From NCBI GenBank assembly GCA_003345555.1, contig PRDJ01000057.1:60001-92000 (forward strand): a stretch of 32,000 bases of DNA, given 5' to 3'. The notes beneath the pieces were generated by a model. That model saw nothing but the letters and a program-made list of their open reading frames with translations. It did not search any database and had not been told where the DNA came from. The first letter of the stretch is position 1, and each line of letters starts with the position of its first letter. Source of the DNA: Candidatus Thorarchaeota archaeon (GTDB lineage: Archaea > Asgardarchaeota > Thorarchaeia > Thorarchaeales > Thorarchaeaceae). Positions 26,343 to 32,000 of the stretch are shown here, piece by piece. Made by a program: the position numbers and the translations under genes.

Positions 26343-26624
26343 CTAGTGCCTCCTCAGAGACTTCTTGAGTCTATCTTCCGGGCGTCCGGTCAGCAATCGC
26401 CCATCAACATGCACGAACTCACCATTCGGTAGTCTGAAACTGAAGACACAAGCTCTCTTTGGAACGGTAATCTCTCGATTGGCCGTGGCCAGTCGGAGAG
26501 TCTCCTTGGACTCATCGATTATCGTACCATCTCTGCATACCAAACTCGGATCACGCGCTTCGACAACGTGAGCGCTCATTCCGATAAGCTCGTGCCTGAC
26601 CAAGTTCGAGAGAGTGGCTTTCAT
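26343..26624 (-). CDS. rnp1: RNase P protein component 1 (Rpp29/POP4)
   Basis: HELIG, GTIIDESKETL, VPK..CVFSF, L.GRPEDRLKK, in the canonical position between rpl29 and rps17. Confidence 0.93.
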   Translation of the reverse strand: MKATLSNLVRHELIGMSAHVVEARDPSLVCRDGTIIDESKETLRLATANREITVPKRACVFSFRLPNGEFVHVDGRLLTGRPEDRLKKSLRRH

Positions 26625-26833
26625 TTAGAGCCCTCCAGTTCAATTTCATGTTCTATCGTAAGCACGCGGGCTATTGCTTTCCTGACACCTTTGATCTTGT
26701 GAGGATTCTGAGTTCCTCCACCTGTTGCGAGTTCAATCCGAGCATTCGTGAGTTCGTTATAGAGCTCCTGAAGCTTCTTTTGTCGCTCAGGTGGGGTAAG
26801 CTTCCTAATGTCAGCGGACTTCAATCGGGCCAA
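26621..26833 (-). CDS. rpl29: 50S ribosomal protein uL29
   Basis: KSADIR, GGGTQNPHKIK.VRKAIARVLTI. TTG start. Confidence 0.95.
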   Translation of the reverse strand: MARLKSADIRKLTPPERQKKLQELYNELTNARIELATGGGTQNPHKIKGVRKAIARVLTIEHEIELEGSK

Positions 26834-26836
26834 TTT

Positions 26837-27748
26837 CTACATCTCCTCGTCGGTCTCGTCAAGTTCATCTGATGGCCCAGCTTCCTTACTGCCTTCTTCA
26901 CCTTGGGCCGTTCGGCTCTCAGGAGCGGATGGGCTCTCTCGTTCAGTCTTCTGTCGGGCTTTCTTCGGTCCAGTCTCCTCGACTAGGTCAAGTGCATCGA
27001 GTTCCTCGAGTTCACGAAGTTCCTCAATGTCTGTGATTCCCTCAAGGCTCTCTCCGACTTCCTCTGCTGCAGCTTCCGCTGTTACCGCCTCAGGCACTTC
27101 CTCGACGCCCTCGGCCTCCCTGGAAACCTCGACTACACCGGCTTTCTTTGGCTTTGCCTTCTTGACATGAATGACTCCCGGAATCTTTGCATCCGGTCGC
27201 ATTATCTTCACTTGGACTCCGATTGTGCCTGGCTTGAGCACTGCGAAGTCACATGCCTTATCGACGAAGAGATCTGCAGGCTGTCCGGTCTTTGCGATGG
27301 TGGCTTCTCTGAACTTCTGGTACCTTGCTCGTCTACTTCCCAGCTTTCCTTTCACGATTATCTCACACCCGTACGCTCCCGCGCGCATCACGCGTCTTAA
27401 TATCCAGTAAGCCATTCTGCGGTAACGTACACCATGTTCAAGCTGTCTGGCGAGCTTCGAAGCCATAACAGGGGCACTAAGCCAAGGATTCTCTATCTCA
27501 ACTACTTCTACCTGAACGTTCTGGATTCCGTATTCGTTCTCGAGCGCATAGGTGAGGTCCCTGATTTTTGCACCACGGCGCCCTATGACAACGCCAGGTC
27601 TGGAGGCCTGAATGACAACCTCGGTTCTCATGGGCATCTTTCTGATTTCGACGCCGCCATAACCTGCTGCGTTGAGTTCCTTGGATAAGAACTCATCAAC
27701 TCGCAGCTTGCGCATGTTCTGTTCGATGAAGTACTTCACTGCGGACAC
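26837..27748 (-). CDS. rps3: 30S ribosomal protein uS3 with a long acidic C-terminal extension
   Basis: AGYGGVEI, RPGVVIGRRG KH domain, GCEIIVKGKL, KPGTIGVQVKIM. Confidence 0.97.
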   Translation of the reverse strand: MSAVKYFIEQNMRKLRVDEFLSKELNAAGYGGVEIRKMPMRTEVVIQASRPGVVIGRRGAKIRDLTYALENEYGIQNVQVEVVEIENPWLSAPVMASKLARQLEHGVRYRRMAYWILRRVMRAGAYGCEIIVKGKLGSRRARYQKFREATIAKTGQPADLFVDKACDFAVLKPGTIGVQVKIMRPDAKIPGVIHVKKAKPKKAGVVEVSREAEGVEEVPEAVTAEAAAEEVGESLEGITDIEELRELEELDALDLVEETGPKKARQKTERESPSAPESRTAQGEEGSKEAGPSDELDETDEEM

Positions 27749-28213
27749 TTAACCCACCTCCTCCAGAACGATCTCTATGTGAGATGTATCCTCATTATAG
27801 GCTGTGCTTCTTCCAAACGCCCTTGGAATGAATTTCTTGTAGGTCCTTCCTCTCTGCGTCGCTGCATGAACAATCTTGAGCCTGTCGATATCAAGACCCT
27901 TATTGTCGGCATTGCTCTCTGCGTTCTTCAGTACTTTGAGAATCTGCTGCGATGCGTTAACTGGATGTCCTCCGGAAGGCCATTTCTTCATTCCTGCATG
28001 ATGTGGTCTCTGCTTCCGATGACGCTTGTAAGGAAGCCACGTCTTTTCTTCGATTACGCTCTCGAGCAGCTTGGTTGCCTTGTCGAGCATCATGCCCCGG
28101 ATAGCATTGCATATCTCCCTAGAGTGCTTGGGAGAGCACCGCATATTCCTGCCACTGGCTATCGCTGTCTTGTCGGGGTCTATCCCGAGTACGGAATATC
28201 CGTATGTTGGAAT
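27749..28213 (-). CDS. rpl22: 50S ribosomal protein uL22, apparently initiating at ATT (154 aa)
   Basis: The track ORF (28144) lacks the family N-terminus. In frame upstream: ATT CCA ACA TAC GGA TAT TCC... = (M)PTYGYSVLGIDPDKTAIASGRNMRCSPKHS. An in-frame TGA lies 9 nt further upstream, and a GTGAGG SD precedes the ATT. Confidence 0.9.
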   Translation of the reverse strand: MPTYGYSVLGIDPDKTAIASGRNMRCSPKHSREICNAIRGMMLDKATKLLESVIEEKTWLPYKRHRKQRPHHAGMKKWPSGGHPVNASQQILKVLKNAESNADNKGLDIDRLKIVHAATQRGRTYKKFIPRAFGRSTAYNEDTSHIEIVLEEVG

Positions 28214-28410
28214 CTTGCCTCACTTCCGGTGTGATTGTTATCCTGTGGGCACATTGACATCCGTCATGTGCTGTATCCGCTCGTCTTGGTGGTTTCAACG
28301 GCCACTCCAAGACCTCACTGGCACACGTCTACAGACCGTTCGCGCGAGCAGAACGAGAGGCCTGCACTGGCTCCAAGGTCTCGAAACAGTCGTTATCCCG
28401 AGAGCGACTT
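28214..28410 (-). promoter_or_regulatory. Long structured 5' leader of the ribosomal superoperon (candidate r-leader with K-turn)
   Basis: About 197 nt between the predicted TSS and the ATT. Contains a 13-bp stem (28302-28314/28377-28389), a K-turn-like CC-UUG-GA / GA-GG motif, nested helices, and a second hairpin at 28249-28271. Confidence 0.55.
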
Positions 28411-28429
28411 GTCGCTTCCGGTCGAGTTT

Positions 28430-28442
28430 ATCTTTTAAAGAT
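28430..28442 (-). promoter_or_regulatory. TATA box of the rpl22 superoperon
   Basis: ATCTTTAAAAGAT on the minus strand in an AT-rich island of the intergenic region. Confidence 0.65.
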
Positions 28443-28526
28443 TACCAATTATCACACTTGCCCTATGTCTTTGGTATGTTCCTACGGGCAGGCAGGCCAA
28501 ACGAACAACAGTGAGTGCACAAACCT

Positions 28527-28916
28527 TCATGGATTGTCGCCGAATTCGTGTGTGACACGCCTTAGGGCAGCCGCCGTTACCGAGTCGTCAATCAAATCAA
28601 CACCCGACTGGGTCAAGGTCGCTCTCACAAAGTGAGTCCCAGTGGATAGCACATCGACAAGGCCTCGTTCCTTCAGTTTCAGGAGACTGGCCAGAATGAT
28701 CTGTGTCAATTCGTCGTCTGTCATTTCGAACCCCTTGCCCGGAGTCTGAAGTGTCTCGCACATCCTCAGGACAGCTTTTGTGCTGCTCAGAAAACGCCGA
28801 TTGCTGTCATAGGGATTTGTGTGCAACCAGAGAAGCACAATGAGATCGATAACGCTGACATTCATGTGCGGATGTCTCTCAAGTGTTCTCTTCGCAACAA
28901 GCTCGACAATCGGCAT
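28527..28916 (-). CDS. Hypothetical winged-helix-like protein
   Basis: C-terminal SLLKLKERGLVDV...RATLTQSGVDLI resembles a wHTH recognition helix and wing. ATG 28916 overlaps the upstream TGA. Confidence 0.6.
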   Translation of the reverse strand: MPIVELVAKRTLERHPHMNVSVIDLIVLLWLHTNPYDSNRRFLSSTKAVLRMCETLQTPGKGFEMTDDELTQIILASLLKLKERGLVDVLSTGTHFVRATLTQSGVDLIDDSVTAAALRRVTHEFGDNP

Positions 28917-29641
28917 CACTGCTCACCACTGCCAACCAAGGCTACTACTCCCGGCTTGGGCTCAAAGATCAATCCGGAGTGCATCAATCTGTCCAGCGAA
29001 TCCTCGACAGATGATTCCCGCACTCCCTGCGACGTAAATGTCTTCACAAGGTCCTCAACCTTACAGCTGCCGCCCGCTTTTCTCACAGCTGCTACAATAT
29101 CCCTTCTGATGTCGGTCTTGCCTTTCACTTTCTCTGCCGTAGGTCCAGCAGATGGCACCATCTGGATAGTCCACGGACGTGGGAAAACAAGCAGACCATT
29201 CTCAGCTAGCCTCGATAGCTGCTCTTCAACCCAAGGCCAGTCTAGCCTATGCTGTCCACAGAGTTCGGCTATCCTGTCGAGCGAGCAGGGCTTATCCTTT
29301 GCTTCTCTCTCAAGAAGCTCCAACAATCTTTTCCTCTTTCCGGGTGGAGGCACTTCCTCTGTCTGAGAGGAAACCTCCTCGACTGTCAATGTCTCATTGG
29401 GCATGAGTGCCCGGAGCCTCTCCTTTGATTTTTCGACCGCTAGCTGGAATTCATTGTCACGCTTCGCATTGAATTCTCTCACTGCAGCTGAGGCAGCGTC
29501 AGGGCTATCGAAGACAGCGCAGGATGCTTCTGTAATGTCAATAATCCTGCCGCAGTAGCTGCACCGTCGGTGTTTCTGACCGGCCGGGGCATTTGTGAAA
29601 TTCCTGCATTGTGGACAAGCGAAGACGAGGTATGATGTCAA
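28916..29641 (-). CDS. DUF1922-like Zn-ribbon protein with two C-terminal winged-helix domains
   Basis: YLVFACPQC..(QKHRR)CSYCG N-terminus. Two wH-like repeats end in EEQLSRLAENGLLVFPRPW and EDSLDRLMHSGLIFEPKPG. TTG start; TATA-like TTAAATAG near 29681-29688. Confidence 0.7.
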   Translation of the reverse strand: MTSYLVFACPQCRNFTNAPAGQKHRRCSYCGRIIDITEASCAVFDSPDAASAAVREFNAKRDNEFQLAVEKSKERLRALMPNETLTVEEVSSQTEEVPPPGKRKRLLELLEREAKDKPCSLDRIAELCGQHRLDWPWVEEQLSRLAENGLLVFPRPWTIQMVPSAGPTAEKVKGKTDIRRDIVAAVRKAGGSCKVEDLVKTFTSQGVRESSVEDSLDRLMHSGLIFEPKPGVVALVGSGEQ

Positions 29642-29745
29642 TGGTCAAGCACCATCTTCTGTCTTCATATCGTTCGTTCGCTATTTAACGCATGCTCTCC
29701 GAGAACACATGAATACGATTATATCACAACTTCCGGAAATCTGAC

Positions 29746-29976
29746 ATGCGAGCTCTCATGCCAAAGAAAGTCAAGCGAATCGTCATTGACCCGAAATTGT
29801 GCAAGGGTTGTCACGAATGTATTTTCGTGTGTCCGCAGAAGGTCCTTGCGGAATCGAAGAAGGTTGACAACAGAGGCTATGTGCTCCCGGTCGTTGTAGA
29901 TTTAGAAGCCTGCAAAGCATGCAAGTTGTGTGAGCTCGAATGTCCTGATTTTGCGATTACGGTAGTTACTGATTGA
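29746..29976 (+). CDS. 2[4Fe-4S] ferredoxin (2-oxoacid:ferredoxin oxidoreductase delta-like)
   Basis: CKGCHECIFVCP and CKACKLCELECP. Alternative ATG at 29758; TATA-like attatat near 29718-29724. Confidence 0.92.
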   Translation: MRALMPKKVKRIVIDPKLCKGCHECIFVCPQKVLAESKKVDNRGYVLPVVVDLEACKACKLCELECPDFAITVVTD

Positions 29977-30104
29977 CTCAGGCATGCTCAATGCCGCGTG
30001 CTCTGGACATCTTTGGATGGCACGCACTCATTTGCGGGAAGTTCAATAATACACAAGAAGATATATTGTTGAACAGAAATGAGAGGACCGCTTGGTCAAG
30101 TCTG

Positions 30105-30698
30105 ATGGTGTTAGAGTTGGAAGACCCGAGGATACGAACGCTGCTCGATCTCAGAAAAGAGCTTGATGAAGAACTTGAGCGGCTAAAAGAAAGAATCGAA
30201 AAACTGGAGGCATATATACAGGCACTTGATGCATCAATTGGTGCCACCAGCTTTGCGACAGCGGATACTGCTCTTGGCAGGCCGACTGAAGTAGCGAGAC
30301 CCATAGCGAAGGGCCCGGCGGCCGCTCCTGCAACAGCCCCTGAGCAGCCTCGGTCGATGCTGATAATGAACAAGGCTCGAGACTTGGAGCTTGCCACGAT
30401 AGAAATCCAAGATCGTGATTTGAGAATAGTGCCAGCTCCTCATGCCTCGTACGACATCAAGAGAGGCGCTTTTGCCCGATTCTTCGTTGAAAGAATCTTG
30501 GGTTTGTTTCAGCAGGAGGACAGGCACAGGGTCGAAAACGAGGAAATCGAATGGGATGATGCGTTTGATTTCGAGGTACGGGTTCAGGACGGAATCCTGC
30601 AAGAGGTCGTTGTCAAGAACTATGGTGGTGAGACCCGTCTCACCGAGATTGAACGTGCGCTAAGATGGGCTCTTGAAAAGACATATCGGGCAAGGTAG
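30105..30698 (+). CDS. Conserved hypothetical protein (N-terminal coiled coil, Pro/Ala linker, C-terminal alpha/beta domain)
   Basis: Heptad LRKELDEELERLKERIEKLEAYIQALD, then SFATA, then FFVERIL and VVVKNYG..RL.EI...RWALEK. ATG 30105 is preferred over TTG 29973 because the first 44 codons look non-coding. Confidence 0.75.
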   Translation: MVLELEDPRIRTLLDLRKELDEELERLKERIEKLEAYIQALDASIGATSFATADTALGRPTEVARPIAKGPAAAPATAPEQPRSMLIMNKARDLELATIEIQDRDLRIVPAPHASYDIKRGAFARFFVERILGLFQQEDRHRVENEEIEWDDAFDFEVRVQDGILQEVVVKNYGGETRLTEIERALRWALEKTYRAR

Positions 30699-30813
30699 AG
30701 CCCCAAAACGCGCGCAATGTCCACGCCTCTATTTCTCGTGCAAAAGCAATATAACCGAGTGCATGCCCTGCTTCTGACCAGCAGGCGCCCTAGCTCTTAG
30801 GAGACTGTGCTTC

Positions 30814-31437
30814 ATGCTGGAGAGCAAGAACGAGAGCCTGATGGTTAACCCTCAGGTAGTTGTCAGCCAAGTAAGAGAAGCACACGGTTTCTATGGCGAA
30901 AACAAGGTTGATGAACGGTATGAACTGATGGCGCTTGACGTGTTGCGCAGATATGTTTCCAAGGAGGGCGTGGCACATGAACCAGAACCCCTGTTCGGGG
31001 CTGCTTTGTACATTGTAACACGTCACCCTTGGAGCCACCCAAATCCCCTCACGAAAACAGAGTTTGCAGCGAAACTGCGCATGAAAGAATCAAGTCTCGA
31101 GTGGTATACGGAGAGTATCGTCGACAAGCTTGGCTTTGTGATTCTTCGTGACAAGGGGCAGCTTCCATTCTACATCGATTCAGATGGAACAATCGCCAAT
31201 GTACTGAACTCGGTTGTTCGAACCAGCGTGAATGAGGAGGTTGTGAGAAGCATAGTCAAAGGCAGTGTGGTGTCGCCTCATGAGCTGGCAGAACGTATTG
31301 TGGATCGGCTGTGCAGTGTTGTGAAGATTATTCCTCCGGTGTTTGAGCAGGATCTGTATGCTCATGTTGAGAAGAGGATTGAGGAGGAAAGCAAGAGACT
31401 CCTGCAAGAGCTCGGCGTCCATCGTCCGCTGCGATAG
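30814..31437 (+). CDS. Hypothetical protein with a single TFB/cyclin-fold-like repeat
   Basis: LFGAALYIVTR...LTKTEFAAKLRMKESSLEWYTESIVDKLG resembles the TFB repeat pattern AAAlYia...Tq.EvA...vtEvTir..ykel.ekL. Confidence 0.65.
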   Translation: MLESKNESLMVNPQVVVSQVREAHGFYGENKVDERYELMALDVLRRYVSKEGVAHEPEPLFGAALYIVTRHPWSHPNPLTKTEFAAKLRMKESSLEWYTESIVDKLGFVILRDKGQLPFYIDSDGTIANVLNSVVRTSVNEEVVRSIVKGSVVSPHELAERIVDRLCSVVKIIPPVFEQDLYAHVEKRIEEESKRLLQELGVHRPLR

Positions 31438-31660
31438 GTAAAGGTTACTAGCGTTTTGATGAGGTTTCCATGAATGGAAACGAGCGGGACAGTGCCGAGT
31501 TGTGGCGATGCCAACCCATCCGCGATTATGAGTTTCTGGCGGGCGCGCTCTGCGAATAGAGTTCGCTTTCTTCCCGAACACTTATAATGCAATCCGCTCT
31601 CAACCATGTCGACCTCAATCCGAGGCAGTCGCCGGGAAGCGAACAAGAAGGGATGCAGAA

Positions 31661-31978
31661 GTGAAGCAGGCTCGGCTCACAGATCGTGGGGTTGCATCTA
31701 ATTCCGATAACCAACCAATCCCTAGGGATAAGAGGACCGTCAACTCTTCCACTCGTTTTACCGACATTGACGGCAAAGACTGCTGGAACAACCCGCTTTG
31801 GCCATATCTGGTTGAGGCCACTAAGAGGAACCCGCTGTATTCTGGTTGGATTGGATATGCCCGTGAAAAGGTGCTTCCAACCGAACCGGACATAACTGCG
31901 AGACAACTCGCCAGCATGCTCTCCATATCTGTTGGCGAAGCCTTGGTCTTGCTTCATGATGCACGACAGAGCAAGTGA
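31661..31978 (+). CDS. Hypothetical protein with a C-terminal HTH-like segment
   Basis: ITARQLASMLSISVGEALVLLHD. The start is uncertain; TATA-like cttataat at 31581-31588. Confidence 0.5.
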   Translation: MKQARLTDRGVASNSDNQPIPRDKRTVNSSTRFTDIDGKDCWNNPLWPYLVEATKRNPLYSGWIGYAREKVLPTEPDITARQLASMLSISVGEALVLLHDARQSK

Positions 31979-32000
31979 CTATTTCCAATCCGTGCATATT

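Noticed and set aside
29973-30104. 44-codon N-terminal extension of the coiled-coil protein from a TTG overlapping the ferredoxin stop
   Set aside because: The composition looks non-coding and the stretch contains AT-rich promoter-like sequence. ATG 30105 is preferred.
31362-31646. Minus-strand 94-aa ORF with a GAGGT before ATG 31607, and a TTTCCA-TGAA-TGGAAA hairpin with a TGATGA box at ~31457-31480
   Set aside because: The ORF overlaps the 3' end of the TFB-like gene and has no motif. The C-box-like sequence has no matching CTGA D box at a suitable distance. The hairpin may simply be a terminator.
1-32000. CRISPR arrays, IS elements, rRNA genes, selenocysteine read-through
   Set aside because: I saw no regularly spaced repeats, transposase or integrase ORFs, rRNA signatures or credible in-frame TGA continuations.

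Overview
Archaeal genomic window dominated by the translation and RNA-maturation core. An Asgard/Thorarchaeia-like origin is inferred from gene content and the long r-protein extensions, not proven. The minus strand carries a ribosomal superoperon from about 28.2 kb to 11.8 kb: rpl22-rps3-rpl29-rnp1-rps17-rpl14-rpl24-rps4e-rpl5-rps14-rps8-rpl6-rpl32e-rpl19e-rpl18-rps5-rpl30-[hsp20]-rpl15-secY-adk-DUF106-[accessory insert]-rpl34e-cmk-rpl14e-cbf5. It is followed by an RNase P RNA gene that the ORF track cannot show. The plus strand has an intron-containing tRNA-Ser(GGA) ahead of rps13-rps4-rps11, with no rpoD after it. Flanking genes are an LLM oxidoreductase, RdgB, TrmB, a tandem Lrp-like regulator, RNase Z, a geranylgeranyl reductase, asparaginase, TiaS, a tandem Zn-finger protein, Tsr3, several winged-helix proteins, a ferredoxin and a TFB/cyclin-fold-like protein. 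Corrections to the ORF track: the GGR (4865-6070) and tiaS (9110-10438) genes are on the minus strand, rps14 is missing, and rpl22 is truncated. The best candidate for an undescribed system is at the head of the superoperon: a ~200-nt structured 5' leader with a K-turn-like motif, followed by an SD and an AUU start codon for rpl22, suggesting layered translational autoregulation. Other notable items are Hsp20 embedded in the spc operon, a 54-aa 11-mer-repeat/acidic-tail protein with a perfect SD, and charge-segregated disordered extensions on r-proteins. No CRISPR array or mobile element was seen.
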